Notes: a model not told the origin generated them from the sequence alone. A stretch of 27,169 nt of DNA from Tubiluchus corallicola (GCA_030141605.1 JAQGDQ010001742.1:1-27169), one strand, 5' to 3'; positions 1 through 12,273 are shown, counted from the stretch's first letter. A program made the numbers and translations.

Positions 1-3
1 TAT

Positions 4-410
4 TAGGGGTGAGCATCGAACGTTCGAATTCGATTCGAACGCGTTTTTTTAGTTCGAACTCGATTCGAATCCAAAACTATAGATTCGAATAATTCAGCAC
101 TTCAATCACATATGTTCCTGATCACTAAAACGATTGAAACATCATGCAATTAGCATGATTTAGCTGTGATTTCTGCACAAAATTTTAAACAAATTACTAG
201 TCGTTTTATTGCAGAACAAAATCTAGTGATACACATGATCTTTGTAAGATTAATTTTTACTGGTGTTTCGAAAACTTGTTCAAAAATCTTTCAATCTCAA
301 TTCGAATTCGGTTCGAATTCGAAACACCGAAGTTCGATTCGATTCGAATTCGAAAGTCACAAATTCGGTTCGATTCGAATTCGCTTTCTGGTAGAGAATG
401 CTCACCCCTA
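4..410 (+). mobile_element. hAT-type non-autonomous element (MITE family A, TTCGAA-rich subterminal repeats)
   Basis: 13-bp TIR TAGGGGTGAGCAT / ATGCTCACCCCTA. The right flank CAATTTAT ends in TAT, matching the only 3 visible left-flank bases, which is consistent with an 8-bp TSD. Further copies at 2679-3075 and 5787-6082. Confidence 0.85.
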
Positions 411-1190
411 CAATTTATTGCTAATTTATTTAAGTATTCTAATAAAACTGCTAAACAACATGCTGAATCTGCAACAAGCTCAAGAACGTCCACAAAAATA
501 CCAATATTAGAAGCCTATCGAGATTACAAAACACTGATATTTCTTTATAAATATATAAATAAACTGAGCATTCCATTTATAAACAATCCCTTAGCATTCA
601 TTCCTGATACCACTTTAAACACTAGAACACACAATTTAAAGCAAATTACAGTAAACAATAAATTTGGAAATAACTCCATATCAAAACAGGCCATACATTT
701 ATGAAACTTACTACCCAGTGAAATAAAACAAATAGAATCTCTCCACCACTTCAAAAAGAATATCAATATAACAGGTTTCAACTTCCAGATTGTGCATCTG
801 ATACTAATTCCACAGACTCAACTTTCATCTACCCCCGCCCCTGACTCCATAAAACGATTAAAAATGAAATTTTTTAAAAATTATGTAATGTAAAGCATAT
901 TTCTGTTAATTGTGTCATGTTAAATGTATATATAGTGTAAAATGTATTGTAAAATTTAATGTTTTTTTGTAATATTGTTTTGTAAAAATATTTTAATATT
1001 GTGTTTGTAAATATGTTCATTTATTGTATATAATTAGACCTTAGTTTTGCACTTTAGTTTTTTTTAGTCTGTACTGGACGCATTTGTCTTGAACAGTGTT
1101 GTTATTTTAACATTACGCTGAGGCTTACTCAATTTTATTATAATGAGTGAGCCATTTTAATGACAAATAAAGAATTTATATATATATATA
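411..1190 (+). mobile_element. 3' fragment of a CR1/L2-group LINE (ORF2 C-terminus plus 3' UTR), degenerate
   Basis: Frame reads ...NTRTHNLK...NSISKQAIHL*NLLPSEIKQIESLHHFKKNI. This matches the typical (W)NxLPxxIKxxxSLxxFK tail, with a presumed TGG>TGA at 702-704. It is followed by an AT-rich UTR, a GGCTTACTC..GAGTGAGCC stem, AATAAA and a (TA)n tail. Confidence 0.7.
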
Positions 1191-1548
1191 AGTTAGGGAT
1201 GGCTAGACTCAAGCGTAGAGAAAGCGACTCGCCACCCGTCCCTGTGTATATATTGTATTATAATCGCATGCACTGTAATGTAATGTTACTGGTTTGAAGA
1301 AACCAAAATCGAAAATAGTAGCCAAGCTAAGTTGAGCGAGTACAAAACATTAGTCAGTCAATAAATTTAATCATTAATGGAATTTATTTGGTGAGAAAAT
1401 TGCCATATTGGCTCTGAAAACTCACTTGGTGATTTTGAAAATATTTTTATGACAGAATTAATTTTTACTGTTTCCGTCTGCGTCTTGTTCTCTAGATGAG
1501 CACACTTCTCTCTGCGGTGCCGATCTGACCTTTCATTTCTATTTTCAG

Positions 1549-1719
1549 AAAATGTAAAGCAGTATGATGGAAGACTGATCAAGCATCCTAGCCAGGCAGC
1601 TGTTTATCAAATTTTGGACGGTGTGAAGCGTCACGTACCAAACCCAGATACCTACAATCAACTTTATAATACCGTGGATTGCATCGAGGCAAACACCTTG
1701 GTGGACCTGATTTGTTCAG
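1549..1719 (+). pseudogene. Isolated exon 2 of a truncated paralog of the secreted two-repeat gene
   Basis: ttttcag acceptor, GTTGGT donor, 171 nt, open frame NVKQYDGRLIKHPSQAAVYQILDGVKRHVPNPDTYNQLYNTVDCIEANTLVDLICS. Intron homology to the minus-strand gene stops near 2050, just before exon 3. No exon 1 was found in the window. Confidence 0.8.
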
Positions 1720-2393
1720 GTTGGTTTGAAGAAACCAAAAAACTTGAAATTTAGTTTTAAGATTTTATTCTGAAGTGTCTACATAAACAGTGAAGTAATG
1801 TCATGTTGAAAAGCAGAAAACCAAGTGACCAAAACTACAGGTGAAATCATTTTGGCGTGAAAACAGGTTTAGAGATTATGCATTCATAAAGACTGTAGAA
1901 GCCAATGAAAATTTAAACAGTGAAGAGAAAGATTTAACAATTTTAACAAGAACACCTGAAGGTGGCAGCACTATCCAAAACTCAAAAAAGTATGATGACA
2001 ATACAACGTAAATTTAAATTTAGAGTAATTAAAATGATTTTATTCTGTCCAGTGACCATTGAGACAAATAAACTTATTGACTGACTGATTGATTGATAAG
2101 CATATTTAGTTCTGTTTGATGGGTCTACGGAAATGATTGGAAAAAAAATAATACAGATAAACCATTGTAATACATCTATTTGCTTTTGCTTCTAATATTT
2201 TCTCTATATCACGCGATAGATGTATCATGTTGGTGTTTAATTAAAATTTTCGCTTTTAATCGTATACTTTTGGTTATTTTTTATTTCCGTAAACAGTAAA
2301 ATTCTGAATTGCTGGCATCCTAATTTTATATCTTTTTATATATTTTAAATCTATATATCATTAACGTCATAATTTGTAAACATGTATAGTCAA

Positions 2394-3075
<682 letters not shown>

Positions 3076-3481
3076 ATAGTCAAACATAATTATAATTAAG
3101 TCACCTTATGTAATAGTGTTTACAATTGTGTATGTGCATTTTATATATTTATTTGTAGGCTAGCATTAATTTTAACGTATTGTCGGTAATATTAGCTTTA
3201 AGCTAATGTTCTTATATGTTGTAAACAACAACGTGAAATAAATTTCGCTTGTTTTTTCTGTTACACAAAAAGATAACACGTTTGTGGGTAATTATGCAAC
3301 TTAAAAGCAACCAACTAAAAGTTCAAATAAATCCAACATGTTACTGGCGTTTTTTTTTCGTTAACTGTTGTTGATAATCAATAATGTTCTATTAAAATAC
3401 GATTTCGCTAAAGCTGAATCATTATTTAGGTTCATTTATTTTATTTTATTCTTTAGGACAGTGTGACAACTAAATGGATAG

Positions 3482-3919
3482 TGTGAAAGTTAGTTATGAA
3501 GTTGAACACTTGTAGAAAACAGCTAAACACCATATTACATGTTTGCACAAAAACTGAAACACTTTTATTACACTACATAGTTATATGTAACATGACTGCT
3601 AAACTGCACTGAGAACCAGAGTGTCCTGCACTGATCGCGAAGAATTAAACAGAGTCCCATAAGTAGATCGGCTGCACCGCACTGAGAGCGTGACAGAGAG
3701 ACAGTGGCTAGAAGAGAAATCTAGCCAGTTATATAGGTAGAGAACTATGCAAGAACTTGGCTTCACATATCCCATTACAGTAAAAATAGGGGAGATCCAG
3801 TGAGTTTGCATATTCACTGGACCGAGCAATTGTGCTAAGGGTGAGTTTAACTGGTAAAAATGTTAAAGTGACTAATCAATAGATGGCAGCACCTAAAATA
3901 TACAGTTACAACTTTCACA
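3482..3919 (-). mobile_element. Solo LTR (438 bp) of an LTR retrotransposon
   Basis: TGTGAAAG...CTTTCACA termini, 5-bp TSD GATAG on both sides, and CTATATAA followed by AATAAA on the minus strand. A related copy is at 10391-10807. Confidence 0.85.
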
Positions 3920-4042
3920 GATAGAAAACTGTTTTAATTGAAAGTGAATACTGCGAATATAATGTACATATCATGTACTTCAAAAAAATAATATTTCATA
4001 AATAACGTTAATTAATTCAAATCAAGGAGCTGGTCAACATAT

Positions 4043-4387
4043 TGTTACGGAGGCACCTGTGTCGGGTCAGGTGTAGGGCCCTCTAAACGCCCTGCTCCCA
4101 CGTCAGCAGCGACTCAGCCCTTTCTTGTAGGTCCAGACGTCTTGTTTGGGCCTACACGTGGTGTGAGAAGCCAGCTGACCTGGAATGCCAGTATAAAAGC
4201 GTGAAGAGGTCACTACAACCTTGATTTCTGACACAGGTGCTCCTCGGGTGTAGTGCTGTTACTGAGCTAGTTATTTTTTGTTCACGTGTATTTCGGTTCC
4301 TTATTTTTATTAGTGCTGATAATAAACTCCGTACAGTGTAGTTTTTGTGTATTTTATTTTATGAGAGTTAAATGACATGCTATAACA
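4043..4387 (+). mobile_element. Probable solo LTR of a second family
   Basis: TGTTA...TAACA termini, GC-richer U3-like part, TATAAAA near 4193 and AATAAA at 4321. No matching TSD was seen. Confidence 0.55.
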
Positions 4388-4509
4388 GGTATAAGGTACT
4401 AGTTTACAGACATTAATTTAGTTATTTAACATAACATTTGTAATTAACATTAACATTTGTAATTAAGTATCGGTTACACAACGATTATAAAATGGAACTT
4501 CATGATGCG

Positions 4510-4627
4510 CAATATCAAGACTGCCATGCCATCTTGCAGTTCGACCCCCTGGGTCGAATTCAGTCCAATATCAAGACCGCCATGCCATCTTGGAGTTCGA
4601 CCCCCTGGGTCGAATTCAGTCCAATAT
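4510..4627. repeat. 56-bp tandem duplication with hairpins, directly 3' of the stop codon
   Basis: Units 4510-4565 and 4566-4621 differ at 2 positions. Each contains TTCGACCC-cct-GGGTCGAA. Confidence 0.9.
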
Positions 4628-4836
4628 TCAGGTTGTTTTAATTAGAGAACCAGTTGGGACGTAATCCAGGACCAATCTCTGATCTTGAGGAACCTCCTGT
4701 ATTTTATCCCAGCTGAAGCAGAACGTGTTGAATGTTGGCGGGTCAGCAATAAGTCGTTTCTTTCCATCGTTTACGAGGTACACAGCAGGATGGTCTGCGT
4801 GTTTTACAAGCACAGCGCCACCTGATATTGGATCAC
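4628..4836 (-). CDS. Secreted two-repeat protein, exon 3 (second repeat and stop)
   Basis: ttttcttttgtccacag acceptor, phase 1. Reads GDPISGGAVLVKHADHPAVYLVNDGKKRLIADPPTFNTFCFSWDKIQEVPQDQRLVLDYVPTGSLIKTT*. Confidence 0.85.
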
Positions 4837-5182
4837 CTGTGGACAAAAGAAAATCATTTTTAATTATTCTATATCTAAATTTATGTTGTATATTTATCCT
4901 AATGTCATCATACTTTTTTAGTTTTGGATAGTGCTGCCACCTTCAGGTGTTCTTGTTAAAATTGTTGAACTTTCTCTTTCCTGTTTAAATTTTCATTGGC
5001 TTCTACAGTCTTTATGAATGCATAATGTCTAAACCTGTTTTCACACCTAAATGAATTCACCTGTAGTTTTTGGTCATTTGGTTTTCTGCTTTTCATCATG
5101 ACACTACTTCACTGTTTATGTAGGAATTTCAGAATAAAATCTTAAAACTAAATTTCAAGTTTTTTGGTTTCTTCAAACCAAC

Positions 5183-5353
5183 CTGAACAAATCAGGCCCA
5201 CAAAGGTGTTTTTCTCGATGCAAGCCCGGTTATTGTAAAGTTGATTGTAGGTTTTTCCGCTTGGTAAGACATGCTTCACACCATCCAAAATTTGATAAAC
5301 AGCTGCACGACTAGGATGCTTGATCAGTTTTCCATCATACTCCTTTACATTTT
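5183..5353 (-). CDS. Secreted two-repeat protein, exon 2 (first repeat)
   Basis: tttctattttcag acceptor, GTTGGT donor, 171 nt, phase 1-1. Reads NVKEYDGKLIKHPSRAAVYQILDGVKHVLPSGKTYNQLYNNRACIEKNTFVGLICS. Confidence 0.85.
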
Positions 5354-5387
5354 CTGAAAATAGAAATGAAAGGTCACATCGGCACCG

Positions 5388-6082
5388 AGTTGTCACACTG
5401 TCCTAAAGAATAAAATAGAATAAATGAACCTAAATAATGATTCAGCTTTAGTGAAATCGTATTTTAATAGAACATTATTGATTATCAACAACAGTTAACG
5501 AAAAAAAAAACGCCAGTAACATGTTGGATTTATTTGAACTTTTTAGTTGGTTGCTCTTAAGTTGCATAATTACCCACAAACGTGTTATCTTTTTGTGTAA
5601 CAGAAAAAAACAAGCGAAATTTATTTCACGTTGTTGTTTACAACATACAAGAACATTAGCTTAAAGCTAATATTACCGACAATACGTTAAAATTAAGGCT
5701 AGCCTACAAATAAATATATAAAATGCACATACACAATTGTAAACACTATTACATAAGGTGACTTAATTATAATTATATTTGACTATTAGGGGTGAGCATT
5801 CTCTACCAGAAAGCGAATTCGAATCGAACCGAATTTGTGACTTTCGAATTCGAATCGAACCGAACTTCAGTGTTTCGAATTCGAACCGAATTCGAATTGC
5901 GATTGAACGATTTTCGAACTAGTTTTCGAACCTTAGTCTTACAAAGATCATGCATATCACTAGATTTTGTTCTGGAATAAAACGACTAGTAATTTGCTTG
6001 AAGTTGTGTGCAGAAATAACAACTAAATTATGTTAATTGCGTGATGTTTCAATCGTTTTAATGATCAGGAACATATGTGATA
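5388..6082 (-). repeat. Inverted duplicate of about 2780-3471, including a truncated MITE A (5787-6082) and its TSD copy
   Basis: Near-identical reverse complement. The ORF track gives identical 62-aa translations at 2882-3070 and 5792-5980. TTGACTAT at 5779-5786 is the reverse complement of the ATAGTCAA TSD. Confidence 0.9.
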
Positions 6083-6462
6083 TTACGGACAGCACATTAA
6101 AATTAATGCTAGCCTAATGCTCATCTAGAGAACAAGAAGCAGACGGAAACAGTCAAAATTAATTCTTTCATAAAAATATTTTCAAAATCACCAAGTGAGT
6201 TTTCAGAGCCAATATGGCAATTTTCTCACCAAATAAAGTCCATTAATGATTAAATTTATTGACTGACTAATGTGTTGTACTCGCTCAACTTAGCTTGGCT
6301 ACTATTTTCGATTGATTATCACTTTACTGATTGCAATTATATTTTAAAGAACGAACAGCAATATGCCGTTCTAGGCACCATGTAGCTATCAGATCGCATC
6401 AATTCCGCCAAATCCAATTGTACCGAACTTATTGGTAAAGTCAAGTTTCTCATCGGTTATAT

Positions 6463-6962
6463 CAGGGGTGTGCAAATTGCGGCCCGCGGGCCACTTGCGG
6501 CCCGCCGAGAGAATTTGTGCGGCCCGCGAAAAGATTTGTCAACCTAATGAAAGTGCGGGCCGGGCGATTAATTGAGTTTATCCAGCTGAAGTCCGTGCCA
6601 CGATCCCAAAGATAGTGCGGGTAGTTTTTTCTACTAGATCGGATGCCATTAACCCTTACAAGACGGTTGTAGCTTAATGTCACTGTACTACACAGACTGT
6701 GTGATACACATTACTAATATGCATTGTAATGAAATTACCACTATCTGTCCTGAAAGTAGCAATATATGATTTGTAATATAAATTTTAATAACTTCTAAAA
6801 TAGTTTCTTGAGTGTAGTAGTAATGATGTACGCAGGTCGGATGCAAAAAAATCATTATTAGGTCCTACTGTACTTGGCTCCTTGATCAAACTGCCTGTGG
6901 CCCGCAGGAATTGCGGGAAAGTTTAATGTGGCCCGGCTAGTCTGATAATTTGCACACCCCTG
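6463..6962 (+). mobile_element. hAT (Charlie-like) MITE family B, 500 bp, in intron 1
   Basis: TIR CAGGGGTGTGCAAATT / AATTTGCACACCCCTG, perfect 8-bp TSD GGTTATAT, and GCGGCCCG subterminal motifs. Confidence 0.9.
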
Positions 6963-6998
6963 GGTTATATTAATCGAACTATATATATATATACTTAC

Positions 6999-7062
6999 GA
7001 CATGACTCCGCCAGCGTTAAAACCACAGCTGCCAACAAAAACACAATTTTAAACTGCAACAT
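6999..7062 (-). CDS. Secreted two-repeat protein, exon 1 (signal peptide)
   Basis: ATG at 7062 gives MLQFKIVFLLAAVVLTLAESC, then a perfect GTAAGT donor in phase 1. The joined CDS is 64+171+209=444 nt, or 147 aa plus stop. Confidence 0.8.
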
Positions 7063-7099
7063 CTTCTTTTCGTCGATTGTAGAAAAGCAAGAAAAATAC

Positions 7100-7359
7100 C
7101 TTTATAGACAAAATTTTTAAGCAACTTGTCTAGAGGATGTTTTACCTACTTTATATATACGTTAATAGTTGATCCGGTTTGGTAAATAATAGCGGATTTG
7201 GAGAGGTGCAACTTCCTGGAAGTGTCCAGTCTTATAATCAGTAAAGCACATCCTGTTTGTTTCGTGTCAGACTTTGCGGATTTGGAGAGTTGCAATTTCC
7301 TGGAAGTGTCCAGTCTTATAATCAGTAAAGCACACCTTGTTTGTCTCGTGTCAGACTTT
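7100..7359 (-). promoter_or_regulatory. Putative promoter: TATA-like boxes plus a 2x84-bp duplication carrying STAT-consensus sites
   Basis: Minus-strand TATAAAG near 7106 and TATATATAAAG near 7150-7159. Units 7192-7275 and 7276-7359 each contain TTCCTGGAA (7213-7221, 7297-7305). Confidence 0.5.
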
Positions 7360-8369
7360 GTCAATACATAGTGGAAATGGTAAAACAACAAGTAAACTAT
7401 TTGTTCGTGTTTTAATTACTTCTAGCTCCTAGTAAAATACCTCCTCGTTCAAATTTGGTTAGACTGTATCCAAATATTAATTTTGACCAATCAGCATGCG
7501 GGAAAAACGTTCTAGCGTCGCCCGGTGGGACTCTAGGAAGGAGATATGGGGCTCTTTACAAAGAGGAAGGACAGGGTTACACGACGATGTAGGTTATATT
7601 TTAGGGCAGGTCCACCGAGAGGAGTATCAACGAGTCAATTACGTGTTCCATTTTCCGCAAATTTCGACAATTTTCGCTTAGAAAACTGCGACGCATTCCA
7701 TTGTGCTGACGTCATCCATTGTACTCTGTCTATAATCTTATAGCTTTAATTCAGCAAAAAGCTGCTACTGGCTTTGCGTTAGTTAAACAAACAGTAGGCA
7801 GGATGTTACGGGCTTTGCGTTATACATGAGGACTAGGTAGGATGTTCGCGTATTATTGATTACACGTGGTTTTTACGCAAAATCTTTTGCGGGGCCTTTG
7901 CTAGTCCAAATATTATTTATGCTGGATAAACGGCGTACCACGCCTATTACTCACAGTAAAGTCACTCGATTTCACGCAAAGGTGATAAAAAATTATGTCC
8001 ACGAAAAATGACAAATCGTACTTCAAAAAAGTTATGTTGCTTTAATTGCAAAGTTATAATGTGTGCATGCATAAGTAAGTTCAATTGAATAACACAACTT
8101 CCAAATACGACAAAAGTTAGTGCTATTTCAGATGTACACTTTGTACAGACAATAATGAAATAGAGCACAATGATAATATAGTAGGAATTAATTGCATTTT
8201 AAATCCTTTTTGTTCTTAAAAACAGTAACGCAATTACCTGTGCAGAAATTATACAGTGCGTAATATAAACATGTGAATTTTTAAACTTGATCAATTTAAA
8301 ATCAATATCATCGATTTGCAATCGCAGATGAATTTTGACAAAATATTTGACTTTTTTCAAAATATAATA

Positions 8370-8445
8370 ACAAATAATAATGATAACAGTAATAACAGCA
8401 ATAATAATAACAACAAAAACAACAACAACAACAATAACAACAATG
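8370..8445. repeat. (AAT/AAC)n microsatellite
   Basis: Directly visible, imperfect. Confidence 0.85.
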
Positions 8446-8753
8446 TGATTATCTTTATTTATATTAAAATAGGCAATATTTTAACGGTAGCTGGGTCTAA
8501 TATATAAATAAATAAATGAGCGCACCACAAATAAACAAATAAATGCCCAATAAATCAAGAAATCAAAAAGCCACAAATGCAGAATTGGTTAATGAGCAAT
8601 TAATCGGAAAAACAGTTAGTACGTGATGAAGTGAATGGATAAATGAACGAATAAATGAACAAAAAAATTAACAAATATGCAAACAAATAAACCAAAAAAA
8701 TGCTAAATACTATCGATAGCTTTTACAGTTTTAGCAGTCACGATCATTTAGGG

Positions 8754-9253
8754 CAGGGGTGTGCAAATTGCGGCCCGCTGGCCACTTGCGGCCCGCTGAG
8801 AGAATTTGTGCGGCCCGTGAAGAGATTTGTCAACCTAATGAAAGTGCGGCCCGGGCGATTAATTGAGTGTATCCAGCTGAAGTCCATGCCACGATCCCAA
8901 AGATAGTGCGGGTAGTTTTTTCTACTAGATCGGATGCCATTAACCCTTACAAGACGGTTGTAGCTTAATAACACCGTACTACACAGACTGTGTGATACAC
9001 ATTACTAATATGCATTGTAATGAAGTTACCACTATCTGTCCTGAAAGTAGAAATATATGGTTTGTAATATAAATTTTAATAACTTCTAAAATAGTTTCTT
9101 GAGTGTAGTAGTAATGATGTACGCAGGTCGGATACAAAAAAATCCTTATTATGCCTTACTGTACTTGGCTCCTTGATCAAACTGCATGTGGCCTGCAGGA
9201 ATTGCGGGAAAGTTTCATGTGGCCCGGCTAGTCAGATAATTTGCACACCCCTG
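8754..9253 (+). mobile_element. hAT MITE family B, second 500-bp copy
   Basis: Same TIRs and high identity to 6463-6962. The flanks ATTTAGGG / ACTTAAGG are an imperfect TSD. Confidence 0.88.
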
Positions 9254-9398
9254 ACTTAAGGCTTCAATTCCAAAAGTCTAGCCTCCAATACTTCAAAAAA
9301 GTATCTTAACCATGAACAGCACTACTGAGTAAAACACAAATCCTGAATAAAATACCTTAAGAAGTGCAAATTAGTCGTGATCGGAATTTACACTTTAC

Positions 9399-9568
9399 CT
9401 TTGTCCGTTTTCCTACAATCGAGCGGGTCAGCAAGCTAGGCGTAGGTCGTGTAATGTCCACCCAGGATGCCACCTTGGTGGTTGACCACTGTGTAGAGAT
9501 CGTACAACGGGGGAGGTTCGGACTCGGCATGAACCCGGTCAACACAGTGTTCACTCAAATCTAAATTT
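9399..9568 (-). pseudogene. USP19: Orphan exon of a ubiquitin-specific protease (His-box region, USP19-like) with an in-frame stop
   Basis: AG/GT bounded with a CTAAC branch point. Reads NLDLSEHCVDRVHAESEPPPLYDLYTVVNHQGGILGGHYTTYA*LADPLDCRKTDK, where YDLYxVxNHxG...GGHYT is the USP His box. TAG at 9438-9436. The subfamily call is from recall. Confidence 0.75.
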
Positions 9569-9630
9569 CTATTAGAACACGGGTCGTTTTGTTAGTTATA
9601 TATTTCACGAGTAATTTTTGTTATGAACTA

Positions 9631-9722
9631 CAGTCAACCTCGGATATAAGGGACACCTCCGGACCGGAAAAAATCGCCCCTTATATCACGTATATCATGT
9701 TCATTATAGCCGAAGTTGAGTC
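9631..9722. mobile_element. Degenerate Tc1/mariner-pogo type MITE remnant
   Basis: TA-CAGTCAACCTCGGATATAA left end, with an imperfect inverted match CCGAAGTTGAGT near 9710-9721. Confidence 0.4.
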
Positions 9723-9804
9723 AGACCGAGGGTGTATCTAGACCTGTATTTTTCTGTACTTCTATAACACCGAAAGTGTTAGCTACTAACTGCCAGTCCA
9801 GCCT

Positions 9805-10266
9805 CTAAGTTCTAACCATTAGGTCTTTATTGCGTCTCGTCATAGTGTCACACGTTTCTTTCAAACTACAAACCAAATTTTTCAACCTATCGCGCTCTGT
9901 TTTTACTCCACTAAGTTCGGTTTCAAGGCGTACGCACTCGGGTTCCAGCGAATCTACTTTATTCTTTACTAAGTTGAACAAATTTCTTAATCTCTTTCTC
10001 CCTAATAGCAAATTTGTTATGTCTGTTTGCTGCTCAAGCATCTGTTGTTTTAAGATTTTATTTTCAGCCTTCAGTTCAGCTTTCTGGTTTTTCAGGGTGG
10101 AACATTCTAACGAATATTCGCCCAATTTCCTCTCAAGTTTTTTAACAAGGGACTGCACGTCCGCTAAATTCTCTTTTACAGTTTCATTTTCTACCTCAAA
10201 TATGTACTCAAATACACGAATATGGACTCTTTACACACAATTATACCTTTGGCATTTAATTGCCAT
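9805..10266 (-). pseudogene. Coiled-coil protein frame with an early in-frame stop, or an orphan exon
   Basis: MAIKCQRYNCV*RVHIRVFEYIFEVENETVKENLADVQSLVKKLERKL... is a heptad-like L/E/K-rich frame. TAA at 10233-10231. No family was recognised. Confidence 0.4.
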
Positions 10267-10390
10267 TTAATAATCTTAAGCGAAAGCAAACAAACGAACA
10301 TTTGATGGTTTGCATAGTTTTATTTCGGAACAAAGTCCATAAATATTACAACACAAATCATAATTAACAATTCAACATTATAATATAAAT

Positions 10391-10807
10391 TGTGAAAGTT
10401 GTAACTGTATATTTAGGTGCTTCCATCTATTGATTCGTTACTTTAAACATTTACTAGTTGAATTCACCCCTTAATGCAATTGTATGTTCCAATGAATATT
10501 CAAACTCACTGTATCTCCCCTATTTTTCTGTAATGGGATATGTGAAGCCATGTTCTTGCATACTTCTCAACCTATATAAACTGGCTAGATTTCACTGCTA
10601 GTCACTCTCTGTCTCAGGCAGTGCAGTCATGTTACACACTGTCTACTCATTCGTGATCACTGCAGGACACGCTGGTCCTCAGTGTAACAGTCATTTCACT
10701 TGTAACTATGTAGTGCAATAAAAGTGTTTTAGTTTGTGCAAATATTTAATCTTGTGTTTAGTTGTTTATACCAGTGTTCAATTTCGTCTTCACCAATATC
10801 TTTCACA
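10391..10807 (+). mobile_element. Solo LTR related to 3482-3919, flanked by a 244-bp direct duplication
   Basis: TGTGAAAG...CTTTCACA termini, CTATATAAA and AATAAA. The flanks 10147-10390 and 10808-11051 are near-identical. Confidence 0.85.
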
Positions 10808-11594
10808 AAGGGACTGCACGTCCGCTAAATTCTCTTTTACAGTTTCATTTTCTACCTCAAATATGTACTCAAATACACGAATATGGACTCTTTACACACA
10901 ATTATACCTTTGGCATTTAATTGCCATTTAATAATCTTAAGCGAAAGCAAACAAACGAACATTTGATGGTTTGCATAGTTTTATTTCGGAACAAAGTCCA
11001 TAAATATTACAACACAAATCATAATTAACAATACAACATTATAATATAAATCAATATAGCAATTATCGGTTAGTAGTATCTCACAATTAAATACAGTTAA
11101 TTAATTATTTGCAATATTTACAATTTAGCTTTATTGTGCTACAATTCAAAGGCATTTATTCCAGGGAAAATGTCAAAACGAAAAATCCTGTGGGATACAA
11201 CGTGCTCTGTGTTGAGATATTTACATCAATAATTTGTAGCAGAGGTTAAACTGTAAATTTCTGCCTTATCTATTTTTCAGTATCCTTTTTACTCAATAGG
11301 CCAAAATACTGTTTTTATGCATCGAAAAATCGAGGGTGTTATAAATCAAAAAAGAAAAAAATTAAATTTAAGTTTTTAAAAACTTTAAAGATCTATAAAA
11401 ATTTTTAAGTATAACATTATTAGGTTTAACGAAACAGTTTGCAAATAGTATTTTGATGAGAGCGATGTGATCCGTAAGGTTCAAGTCCCATTTTTCCCAG
11501 GTCTTCCCTCGCTATTTATCATAAAAAAAGACACTGTCCTTTGGAGCCAAGGTGTTGCCACAGTGACAAAGAAATCGCATCCATGAGGTAGTAC

Positions 11595-12273
<679 letters not shown>

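Noticed and set aside
4-410. TTCGAA arrays as heat-shock elements
   Set aside because: The spacing mostly does not fit nGAAnnTTCn, and they are better explained as hAT subterminal repeats.
1194-1244. Possible 51-bp hAT mini-element TAGGGATGG...CCGTCCCTG
   Set aside because: Short imperfect IR and no matching 8-bp TSD.
4566-4630. Selenocysteine or readthrough at the TGA followed by hairpins
   Set aside because: No SECIS core motif is visible and another TGA follows four codons later.
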